From Hyaloraphidium curvatum SAG 235-1 (lineage: Eukaryota > Fungi > Monoblepharomycota): a DNA stretch of 64,000 nucleotides. Under the pieces are notes generated by a model that saw only the letters and a program-made list of their open reading frames with translations, did not search any database and was not told where the DNA came from. Of this stretch, positions 54,864 to 64,000 are shown piece by piece (positions within the stretch are counted from its first letter, which is position 1; each line of letters opens with the position of its first letter). Where the stretch lies: assembly GCA_025558095.1 (NCBI GenBank), contig JAIVFI010000022.1:62001-126000 (forward strand), read 5' to 3'. A program made the translations under genes and the position numbers.

Positions 54864-55739
54864 GCGGATCATCGCAAGCGACGTGGAGAGAGTGGACTTT
54901 TTCGGCTAGCTAGCGGACTTTATCGGGTAGTTGGGTGTTTATGTGCCCGCGTGCGGGGCGATACATTTGGCTTCCTCCTACCTCTTTGGCCCCGTCCGAC
55001 CCCGTCCGACAAGGCACGCCGCTCGAGCTTAGTGACGGTGATCCACTGCCAATTGCAACGGACCGCCTGCATCCGAACAAGGTTTCCGCCCGGGTTCGTC
55101 CGCCGGCCATCCGCGGCCCGAAGGCTTCTCCCGCCGCAGGCCGGCAACGGGCTCTTGCTCGCGCGCCCTTCTTCCAGCGGGGCTCAGACTGCGAGGAGGA
55201 GCTCACGTCCACCTCGCATGTCATCTTGCTCGTACTGATGTACGGGCTGGTCTCGGGGGTCCCAAAATGCAGGGCTCCCGTGACCGGTCCGCCATGCCCT
55301 CTTGGACTCCGTGCCTCCCGCGGACCGAAGCCCGTCCATGCGCCGGGGTGCATGATCCTGAACGTTTCTGAAATGTCCTGCGGCCGAGGAGCGCGGCAAA
55401 CTGGCGCGCGAAGCCCGCCGGGAGACACGGACTCCAGCCCGCGAGCCAAATGTACCATCGGCCAACGCCGCCTTGCCGACCCGGAAACCGCGCTAGATCG
55501 CGGCGTCCGTCCCCACAGGTCGGAGAATAAAGACTATTCGCTGCGCGACTGACGTGCGGGGCGCAGCGGCAGTGCCGCCCGTGGACGGTTCGCGGGTCGG
55601 CCAAGCCTCTTGGGACTTTTCGAGCGTCGTGTGGCTGGCTCCGGCCAGCTGTCCCCTTTAGACCCCGCCCACCTCAGGGCTCACCGCCTCCCCTGCAGCG
55701 CATCGCCGTCTCCCGCGCGTCCTTGCACCTGCCGCAGCC

Positions 55740-58074
55740 ATGGGAAAAGCATATGTGAGTGCCCACCGCAGCGCAACGCAGCGAAGCGCCGTCCGTCGCA
55801 GCGAAGCCCGCGCCCCGTGACTGACCGCTCCGCCTTCCCCCACCCCCGCGCCCCGCGTCGCCATGCCTCTCCCCTCAGTCGTACTTCGTGTCGTTCGCAG
55901 CCGGTGCGTTTGCCCTTTTCTCCGGGGCGCCGCCGCCGCGGGCGTCCCGGCCTACGGGGGGACCCTCATTGACGCCACCGGACCCCGCCTCCCAGCCTTG
56001 GGCGGCCTGCTGTTCGGCTACGAAATTGGTATCATCAACCAGGTGCTTCAGATGAACAGGTGAAGCGCCCGCTGCCCGAAACGGGCTCCCTTTTGCGCAC
56101 CTTTGCTGACTCCTGATCCCCCTCGGCCGACAGCTTCCAGCTGTACTTTGGCATAGCGACCTCCAACGTGCCCGACGAGAATGGTGTCCTTCCTCAATCT
56201 CCCAATGCCGCCGACACGGAGGGCTGGATCGTCTCGTCCTTCCTCCTGGGCTGCATCGCCGGCGCCATCGGCATGACCTTCCTCGCCGACCACCTCTGGC
56301 GCAAGCACATCATCTTCTTCGGCTCCGCGACCTTCGCCGTCGGCGGCATCCTGCAGGCCGCCGCCGTCAACCTCGGTCGGTCCCCTCGCTCACAGGGTCC
56401 TCGCCCGGACGGCCGGCGGTGACTCACACCGTCCCTCCGTCCCCAGGCATGCTCTACGTCGGCCGCGCCACGGGCGGTGTCGCCATCGGCTTTCTCTCGG
56501 GTATCGTGCCCATGTACATCGCCGAATGCGCGCCCAACGACATCCGCGGCCGCGTCACGGCCATCCAGCAGCTGATGATCACCATCGGCATCGCCGTCGC
56601 CAACATCATCAACGGTGGGCCCTTCGTGCGGTTCGGGGCTTCCCCGTCTCATGTCCGGACCCAGCTATCCTCGCCAGCATAATCAACTCGTTCGACAACG
56701 CCCTGTGGCGCTCCGCCCTCGCCATCCAGGCCATCCCCGGCATCCTGCTCTTCATCATGCTCTTCTGGCTCCCGCACTCGCCCAGGCAGCTCGTGTCCAA
56801 GGGGATGATCGAGCCCGCGGAGAAGATCGTGGCCAAGACCAACGGCTGGCCCGAGGGCGGGGAGGAGGCCAAGAACGAGGTGGAGGAGATCCGCCTGGGG
56901 ATCGAGGAGGAGAAGGCGGTCGGGACGGCGACGGTCGGTGCCTCTACCGCCGACATCCGCCCAGGAGGGGAGCTGACGGGGCTCCCGTGCGCGCGCAGTG
57001 GGGCGAGCTCCTCAAGACGGGCATCCTGAACCGCGTGCTCCTCGGCATCAACCTCCAGATGTGGCAGCAGTGGACCGGCATCAACGCCGTCATGTACTAC
57101 TCGTCCGCGCTCTTCATCGGCATGGGTTACAGCAAGCAGATGGCGACGACCGTCAACACCACCCTCAACTCGATCGTCAACGTGCTGGCGACGTTCCCGG
57201 TATGGGTCTAACAGCCCATCGGGTTTGCGGGATCGCTTACGCTTCGACCATCTACCAGGGCATGTGGCTCATCGAGCGCTGGGGACGGAAGCCGCTGCTC
57301 TTCTGGGGAGCGTGCGCCAACGCCTTCTGCATGGTCTGTGACGCCCTGCACCCTCCGCGCGTCGCGTGCTCACTCGCTGCCGTGCAGTGGATGCTTGTCC
57401 TCTGGGTCGCGCTCTTCGAAGGCACCCAGACCACCAGCAATGGCACCGTGGTCACCACCAACCAGACGGCGGCCACGGCGTACGGCGCCCTGGGCGCCAT
57501 CTTCATGTACATCTTCGTCGTCTCGTTCGCGGCCTCCTGGGGACCCGTGGTCTGGGTGTACCAGAGCGAGATCTACCCGCTGCGGATCCGCGGCAAGGCG
57601 GCGGGCCTCGCGACGCTGTCCAACTGGTGAGACGGCCCGTCGCTCGCAGCAACGCAGAAAGGATGCTCACCGGCCCGGCATAGGATCCACAACTTCATCA
57701 TTGCCAAGGTGTGGCCCTACGCGCAGAAGCTCGGCGCCTGGCAGTGTGGGTCTCACCTTCGGAGGCCACCGCATGGCCTTGTAGTCTGATTGCCCGTCCC
57801 TTTTGCAGACTCGATATTCGGATCCACGGGCATCGCCATGGCCCTGTACGTCTACTTCTTCATGCCCGAGGTCCGCGGCCACACGCTCGAGGACATGGAC
57901 GGCATCTTTGCCCGCGGCTGGCTGTTCCCCGGCTTCAAGAACAAGGTCGCCGCGCGCACCCGGACGGGCTCCATTGCCCCGGGCGAGATGGACGGGTACA
58001 AGGCGCCCGAGAAGGCCGAGGTCGACGCGCCGGTGGACCCCAAGCCGGCGCCCGTCGCCGTTGCGGAGAACTGA
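55740..58074 (+). CDS. MFS sugar porter (hexose transporter), many introns
   Basis: GGLLFGYEIG, PMYIAECAP..IRG, PHSPR, QQWTGINAVMYY, IERWGRK, WGPVVWVYQSEIYPLRIRGK, PEVRGHTLEDM. Confidence 0.95.
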
Positions 58075-58300
58075 GGGGGTTGTTTTGCCGCGATCGGAGT
58101 GATCCGCCGGGGTGTAGATTCGCAGGGGTTCGGGGGCGTCCGATGTAGGACGTCTGACTGTACAGTCCGCTCTTGTTCGCGCATCACGGAAAAGACAATG
58201 CTTCGATTCATTCCGTTTCAGGCCCGGTGAAGGCGAGATTCGGCGGAGCGGCGCGTGGTGCGGCAACGCCCGAGGACGCCCATTTCCGCCGGAGGAGAAA

Positions 58301-60007
58301 ATGGCGCTCATTCCGCTCTCGATACCCGAGGCCGTCCGCGCCGACAGCGGCAGCCTGAGCCCGACGAGCCCGCTGAGCTTCTTCGGCGGCGAGCCGCCGC
58401 GGGCGCCGCCGCCCGACGCGCCAACGCCGCCGACCGCGAGCCGCGTCGAGACGCTCACGGCGGAGCAGTTCCTGGCCTACAAGCGGCGGATCCTGATCGA
58501 GGTCACCGTCGCGTTCATTGCATACGGGGCGAGCCTGCACGGCGTCGCGGCGACCCTGGAGAACCTCGCCGAGCGGCTCGGCGTGCCTGCCGAGTTCTCG
58601 TTCGCCAATTCCAATCTGCTGTTCGTGCGGTTCCTGCGGCCGAAAGCGCCGGAAGGAACGCTCGGCCACCCGGGCGTGCCGTACAAGCTGCCCATAATGA
58701 AGGGCGACGCGTTGGGGCACCTCGAAACGCGCTTCATCAAGGTCGACCGGGACTTTGACCTCCGGAAGCTGGACATGATCACGGACGTGCTGGTCGAGCT
58801 CATGCTGGGCAAGCGACCCATGGGGAGGCAGCGCCGGTTCACGGATTCTAGCTCGATGGGCAGCGTGCTGGACGGGATCCCGGTGCTGCGGAGGCTGGCC
58901 TCGGTGCGGAAACAGGAGCTGGGGAGGTCGGCGACGGACGTGGAGATGCCGCCGGTACCGCAGCTGGCGCCGGGGGACGATCTGCACCACCTAAAGGCCA
59001 TCGAGCACGAGGTGCTCAAGATCGCCGCCCTGCCGCCGCAGGTCCCCGACTGGGCCAAGGACTTCGTCATCGTGCCTTTGATCTCGGCGGGGATCGCGGT
59101 GATGTTCTTTGACGGGCCTTGGATCTCGGCGGCGCTCTCGCTGCCGTTGGGCCTGGTGCCGGGCGTCTTCAAGTGGCTCGTGAGGCGAGCGAACCCGTTG
59201 TTCACGTACCTCTTGGAGTTCTTCGTCAGCGTACTTGTCGGGATGTTCGCCGGGATCATCATCGGCTCGGGCACGTTTGCAAACTGGGGACTCTGTTTCG
59301 GCTCGATTGGCCTGGCAGGCATCGTCTGGTACATCCCCGGCCTCCGGCTTGTGCTCTCGGCGATGGAGCTCGCGACCAAGGACAAATCCGCTGGCTCGTC
59401 CAACCTCATCTACGCCATCTTCATCGTCCTGTTGCTGGGATTTGGTCTCGAATTCGGCCTTGAGGTCTCCTTCATCTTCAACCTCCCTTACAAACCCGAC
59501 CCCGAGTGCAAGTCCGCGCCCATCGACGCGATATGGTACCTCCTCCTCTTCCCCATAATTGGTACCCTCTTCTGTACCATGCTCGAGGCCTCCTTCCCGG
59601 AACACTACATCCTCGCCGTCCCCGCCGGCGCCCTCGCCTTCGGAACGTGGTACGGCGTGCAGCTCTTGCCCGGTGTGACCAACGCCGGCACCACCGGCTT
59701 CGGCCTCGCCGTCCTCCTCGCGGCCTTTGCCGGCTGCGTCCCCGGCTTCCTCTACGCGCGCGTGACCAAGCGGTCCGCCTTCCCCGTTGTCTACACCGCG
59801 ATGCAGTTCGTCGTCCCCGGCGGGCTGTCGCTCAAGGCCACCCTGTCGAGCTTCGGTACCGCCGCGGGGTTCACGGGGGGCGGGTTCACGGAGAGGGTGC
59901 TGGCGGGCGCGCTGGGGGCCACGGTGGGCGCTTTCCTGGCGCATGCGGCGGTGTTCCCCGTGAGGGGGAAGCAGCGCGTGAGCTGGAACAACATGCCTTA
60001 TCGGTGA
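58301..60007 (+). CDS. ThrE/DUF1212 (Prm10-like) threonine/serine exporter family membrane protein, intronless
   Basis: AFIAYGASLH..LE, DLRKL, FFDGPW, GIVWYIPGLRLVLSAMELATK..GS, VVPGG and ~10 TM segments. Confidence 0.85.
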   Translation: MALIPLSIPEAVRADSGSLSPTSPLSFFGGEPPRAPPPDAPTPPTASRVETLTAEQFLAYKRRILIEVTVAFIAYGASLHGVAATLENLAERLGVPAEFSFANSNLLFVRFLRPKAPEGTLGHPGVPYKLPIMKGDALGHLETRFIKVDRDFDLRKLDMITDVLVELMLGKRPMGRQRRFTDSSSMGSVLDGIPVLRRLASVRKQELGRSATDVEMPPVPQLAPGDDLHHLKAIEHEVLKIAALPPQVPDWAKDFVIVPLISAGIAVMFFDGPWISAALSLPLGLVPGVFKWLVRRANPLFTYLLEFFVSVLVGMFAGIIIGSGTFANWGLCFGSIGLAGIVWYIPGLRLVLSAMELATKDKSAGSSNLIYAIFIVLLLGFGLEFGLEVSFIFNLPYKPDPECKSAPIDAIWYLLLFPIIGTLFCTMLEASFPEHYILAVPAGALAFGTWYGVQLLPGVTNAGTTGFGLAVLLAAFAGCVPGFLYARVTKRSAFPVVYTAMQFVVPGGLSLKATLSSFGTAAGFTGGGFTERVLAGALGATVGAFLAHAAVFPVRGKQRVSWNNMPYR

Positions 60008-60169
60008 CGTCGTCCGCCGCCGGCAACTCATAGTCAAAGAATGTAACTTGGTCAAATACCCACAATACCCACTACACCAGTTGAGGAACGAACGAAAAGA
60101 TTTCGCATCAAGTGGAATCCAGCTCAGAAGTAACCACTTTCTTCCGGTGTTTAAGGTGTCCGGACACAC

Positions 60170-60273
60170 CGCCTGTTGGAGCGGGCACAGGCTCCCGCGC
60201 CTGTTTGAGCGGGTAGCGGTACAGGCTCCCACGCCTGTTTGAGCGGGCCCAGGCTCCCGCGCCCTGTTTCGAG
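60170..60273. repeat. Intergenic tandem repeat, 28-34-nt palindromic units x ~3.5
   Basis: CGCCTGTT(T/G)GAGCGGG..CAGGCTCCC units at 60170, 60198, 60232 and a partial one at 60260; GCCTG(T)/(A)CAGGC internal stem. Confidence 0.85.
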
Positions 60274-60746
60274 TCTGCCACCGGGACGGGCGCCCGGCCC
60301 CTTGACGAGTAGATGGCGGCCGCCCCATCCCCCGTGCCCGCCTGCCGTCGGCGCTCCCGGACCCCCTGGGAGGTTCGGCCCCGCGGCGGGCATCGGCCAC
60401 GCCCCGGCGGCGCTCGGCGGACCGAGCAACGACCGGCGCATCGGAAGGTAACTGAGCTGGTTCGGATGCGATGGAGGGTGCAGGATGGTGGGCGTTTATG
60501 TAGGTTCTGCTGCGGGGGAAGGGAAATTTCGTTCGCCGGCTGAACTGTGACCCGTGGCGAGCTGAGCGTTCGGGCTGGTGCTCTATCGGTCCCTTGCCCC
60601 GCTGCCACATGCAGTCTCTGCTTGAATTGGTTGCCAACATACCGGGCCTGAGGATTCATCTTTCCTCAATGCTCGATACTGCACGTGGCGCCTTACAGAC
60701 TCATTGCTCTTTTTTGCTTGGCCAGTATCGTACACCCGCATGACCC

Positions 60747-62435
60747 TCACCGCGCAACGGCCAGCAGCAACGCCCCCGCCCACCCCATCGCCGCCTTCCA
60801 CCCCCTCCTCGCCAGCGCCCCGCTGGGCCGCGTCGCCGTGCTCTGGCTGGCGTTCATCACCCCCTCCAGCCACGCCATCCCCGCGTCCCCGCTGACGAGG
60901 TACGCGCCCGCCTGGCAATGCAACGCCGCGGGATCGCCGCTCGGGTAGCTGATCAGCTTGTTCTTGGCGTTCGCGGGGAGGCGGGAAAAGTACCCCGCCT
61001 CCTGCCCGCCCAGGCTGTCGTCGTCCCCGCCGGCGAATCCGAGCACGGGGACGGGGGTGCGGGAGACGTTGGGGTTGTTGTAGGCCAGCACGCGGGCCAT
61101 GCCGAGCGGGACCGCAGCGTAGAGGCCCTGCTGCGTGGGCGAGAGCGAGCCGGCATATTTGAAGGCCAGGTAGGAGAGCTCCGGGTCGATCGGCCCCGGG
61201 GCGGAGGAGAAGAGGACCTCGAGGAGGGAGTAGCCGGACGAGTTGGCGGCGCAGTCCAGGAGCAGCGGGCGCAGGATGAGGTCGCCTGCGGTCGACGAGT
61301 TGGCGAAGGCGGGGAGGAGCGCGGCAGGAATGCCGCCAGGTCCGGAACCCGTCGAGTTGGCGAGGTAGAAGAAGGGCTCGAACGCGAGGGAGCTCTTGTC
61401 CGCGTAGATCTGCCCGAGGTCGTACACGGGCGGGTTGAGCACGCACGCCGCGAGGGTGCCGGCGGGGAGGTCCGAGCACGCGACGCCGCCGAGGAAGCCG
61501 CCGAGGGAGTTTGCCCAAAGCGCAACTCTGGCAAAGTCGATCCTGGGCGCGGCTTCGGCGTCCGTGCGGGCGGCGGCGAGGACGGCGGCCACCACGCGGT
61601 CGTAGTCGCGCACAAAGGGCATGAAGGGGGGCTCCCGGACGACGGCGCCCTGGCCGGGGCCTTCGAAGACGAGCACGGCGAAGCCCCTGGCCAGAGCGGG
61701 GGGCGCCACGGTGGCGTAGTAGACCTCCTTGAAGTAGTCGAGCCCCGTCATGGCCAGCACGAGCGGCAGCTTGCGCGACGGGTCGGGCGAGACAAGGATG
61801 CAGGGGAGCAGGGCCGTGGCGGTGCCGTTGCTGAAAGTGGCGTTGAAGGAGGCGTGCCAGAGGCCCGAGCTGGCGAGGTATCCGCGGAAGGCCTCGCGGG
61901 ACTTGCGGGCTGCATCGAGGGCGGCAGGGGCCGTCGGGAAGGCCCACTGGCCGAGGAAGTAGTAGGAGGATGCGCGGAGCAGCATGCCGGCGCGGCCCGT
62001 GGCGTCGACGCCCTGTGCCGCGGCCGCGGCGGCAACACGGTCGCCGAGCGCGTACCAGGCAGCGCCCCAGTTTCCGTAGACGGTGTCGACGGTGCCGACG
62101 CTCGCGTTGGCCATCGTCAGAGACGCGTTGGTGAGCGCGGTCTGCGCCTCTGCAAAGAGCGAGCCGGGAGTCGACAGCAGGCCCTGGGCATTGTACGCCG
62201 CCCACGAGTACGGCGCTGCGGGATATAACTCGGGGGGAGACGGCGGCGGCGGCGCCTGCGCGGCGGCGGCGATGATGGCGGCGAGCGGCGGGCTCGGGTT
62301 CTCGTAGGCCGACAGCACGAACTCGAGGGCGCTCGTGGCAAACTGGCAGCGCTCCGCCGCGGACTGCGCGACGGTGCTCCGGGGCAGCCCCAGCACGGCG
62401 AGCGCGGCGGCGAGCGCGAGGGCGCTGCGGTGCAT
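60747..62435 (-). CDS. Secreted alpha/beta hydrolase (UPF0255/FrsA, 2,6-dihydroxypseudooxynicotine-hydrolase-like), possibly GPI/membrane anchored
   Basis: Signal MHRSALALAAALAVLG; LRASSYY, TGLD, RGFAVLVFEGPGQG, ANSLGG nucleophile, ALHCQAGA; hydrophobic C-terminus; intronless. Confidence 0.85.
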   Translation of the reverse strand: MHRSALALAAALAVLGLPRSTVAQSAAERCQFATSALEFVLSAYENPSPPLAAIIAAAAQAPPPPSPPELYPAAPYSWAAYNAQGLLSTPGSLFAEAQTALTNASLTMANASVGTVDTVYGNWGAAWYALGDRVAAAAAAQGVDATGRAGMLLRASSYYFLGQWAFPTAPAALDAARKSREAFRGYLASSGLWHASFNATFSNGTATALLPCILVSPDPSRKLPLVLAMTGLDYFKEVYYATVAPPALARGFAVLVFEGPGQGAVVREPPFMPFVRDYDRVVAAVLAAARTDAEAAPRIDFARVALWANSLGGFLGGVACSDLPAGTLAACVLNPPVYDLGQIYADKSSLAFEPFFYLANSTGSGPGGIPAALLPAFANSSTAGDLILRPLLLDCAANSSGYSLLEVLFSSAPGPIDPELSYLAFKYAGSLSPTQQGLYAAVPLGMARVLAYNNPNVSRTPVPVLGFAGGDDDSLGGQEAGYFSRLPANAKNKLISYPSGDPAALHCQAGAYLVSGDAGMAWLEGVMNASQSTATRPSGALARRGWKAAMGWAGALLLAVAR

Positions 62436-62817
62436 TTCGACGAGGAACCGGCGCAGGTCGGATCTCGGTGCCGAAACTCGAGGCCTTTGGGCAGCTCGGA
62501 CGGCGGTGCAAGTCGCACAGCACCGCGAAAACGTCGCTGCACCCGAAGGGAAAGTCGAGGGAGGGGCTTGGGCAGATGTAAAACGCGGGCTGTGTCGCGG
62601 AAAGTGCGCGGGTCCACCATCCGTCCCCCATCGGTTGGTCGACGAGGGAAGAGCTGTCAGAAGCAAAGTATTAGTGCCCCGTGATTGATTACCAGCGTTG
62701 AGATCCAACTAAACATGATGGGTGAATTGGACGCTTTGGCGGACCGCGGGGCAGAGCTGCCGACATGCAACTCTTCCAAACAGTCCGCTTCCAACCGCGC
62801 CTGCGACCGAACAAACA

Positions 62818-64000
62818 CTACTTCTCAACACCTTCCCCGTCCCGCAACGCCAGCCCCCGCATCTCCATCACCCAATCCAGCATCTTCTCTCTGTCTTCCC
62901 GCGGACTGCCGTCCGCATCCCCTCCCGACGGGAGCGACCCCTCCCCGCCGCTCGTCAAGCTCCCGCTCCCCTCACCCCCATCCCCGAACGCCACCGTCCT
63001 TCCCTTCCCCTTGCTCCGTCCCCGCACCGCCAGCTCCGGCATCGCCGCCACCGGATCCTCGCCCTTCCCCTCGGCTATGCACTCGTAGCACGCCCCCGGC
63101 GACCCCAGCGAGTGGCGGCAGTGCGTCCCCGCCGCTTGCGGGAACGACAGCACCGCCGCGTCCTCAGGGTCGGCGGCACCCGCCAGCGCCCTCGCCAGGC
63201 GCATCCGCGCCTCGGCGTGGTGCGGCTTGGCCGACGCCTCCAGGACGTCCAGGCACGCCTGCACGTCCGCGAGGATCGGCCCCCGGACCTGCGCCGCGAG
63301 CGGGGCGCGCGACGAGAGCCTGCGTAGCACGAGGAGGTGCAGCCATCCGGCGTGGGTGGCGGCGCCGGCGGCCGAGACGAAGAAGGTGTGGTGGTCCGCC
63401 AGCCCGCCGTCCGAGGCGGCGACGGCGCGGAAGAGCGCGGAGATGTGGATGGCCGGGGCGCAGGCGCCGGAAAAGAAGGGGGAGGTGAGCCAGACGCGGA
63501 GGAGGCCGGCGTGGTGCTCGGGGGGGTCGACGAAGGGGTCGGGGGAGGAGAGGGCCATGGAGGCCTGCATGAAGACGGCGACGTGGCCATGCACCTGGTA
63601 GAAGGCATCTTCGGGGAGGGATGCGAGCACGCGGCGCTGCTCGTCGAGGTCGCTGGCGCGGGATGCGTGCCGGAAATCGGCGGGGAGCGAGTCCATCACG
63701 AGCTCGGCGGCGGCGGAGAGGAACCGCCGGCGCTCGATCGCCCGCAGGAGGAGCGGGCTACCGACGGGCAACCGGTGGTGGGTGCTGCGACTCCGACTGC
63801 GCGGTTTCCTCCGCGAGGTGCCGGGAGCGTGGTCGGCCGGGTCGGAAGCATCCATGCGACCCATCTCATCCTCGGCTACAAGGAGCTCCAGCAGCGACAT
63901 GCGCGCCTCGTCCCTCAGCCAGGTCTGGAGTTCGACCACGCGGTACCTGATGAGGTATGCGAGCGCGCCAAAGTAGTAGACATGGAGGTATTCGGAGTCG
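62818..64000 (-). CDS. Paralog of the 43985-46480 protein (5' end beyond window)
   Basis: ELQTWLRDEARMSLLELLVAE vs ELRRFLRETARLTMLDVMIAE; VWLTSPFF; DVQACLDVLEAS; CRHSLGSPGACYEC. Confidence 0.75.
   Translation of the reverse strand, partial: DSEYLHVYYFGALAYLIRYRVVELQTWLRDEARMSLLELLVAEDEMGRMDASDPADHAPGTSRRKPRSRSRSTHHRLPVGSPLLLRAIERRRFLSAAAELVMDSLPADFRHASRASDLDEQRRVLASLPEDAFYQVHGHVAVFMQASMALSSPDPFVDPPEHHAGLLRVWLTSPFFSGACAPAIHISALFRAVAASDGGLADHHTFFVSAAGAATHAGWLHLLVLRRLSSRAPLAAQVRGPILADVQACLDVLEASAKPHHAEARMRLARALAGAADPEDAAVLSFPQAAGTHCRHSLGSPGACYECIAEGKGEDPVAAMPELAVRGRSKGKGRTVAFGDGGEGSGSLTSGGEGSLPSGGDADGSPREDREKMLDWVMEMRGLALRDGEGVEK

Noticed and set aside
60199-60245. GCCTGTTTGAGCG matches the 3' end of fungal 5.8S rRNA
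   Set aside because: Only 13 nt; no other 5.8S, ITS or LSU sequence nearby.
1-64000. Prokaryotic operons or defence systems
   Set aside because: Spliceosomal introns in most genes and an intron-containing Pol III tRNA show a eukaryotic nuclear locus.

Overview
GC-rich, gene-dense eukaryotic nuclear DNA. Introns are short GT-AG spliceosomal introns (about 50-110 nt, CTGAC/CTCAC branch sites), so the six-frame track splits most genes; I reassembled them by eye. Gene content and style suggest an early-diverging fungus (inference, e.g. a Monoblepharidomycota-like lineage such as Hyaloraphidium). The first ~11.7 kb is gene-poor: one intron-containing tRNA-Ser(GCT), fold-back hairpins, decayed ORF relics and one spliced gene with a complete GIY-YIG endonuclease motif set. 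The remaining ~52 kb holds about 25 genes. These include tandem F-box/LRR-like paralogs (one pseudogenised), a secreted Ser/Thr-repeat + choice-of-anchor-A adhesin, a bestrophin/YneE channel, a bacterial-type PTP-like phytase, an Mcp1/DUF1691 gene plus a truncated copy, and MYND-finger paralogs and relics. Also present are a tandem NTF2-like protein, a DUF5054/GH38-like hydrolase, a divergent phosphatidylserine decarboxylase, two aldo-keto reductases, a carboxylesterase, a 7-TM protein resembling insect OR/GR-fold channels, a paraoxonase-like lactonase and an amidohydrolase. Further along lie two paralogous large proteins (one with a PP1-docking string), tandem PAN/Apple secreted proteins, a duplicated highly codon-biased small orphan protein, an MFS sugar porter, a ThrE/Prm10 exporter and a secreted alpha/beta hydrolase. 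Best leads: the spliced GIY-YIG gene, the 7TM ion-channel-like receptor, an inverted-repeat-bounded 3.4-kb cargo segment (bestrophin + phytase + gene fragment) and the CAA adhesin. No database searches were possible; family calls rest on motif recognition.
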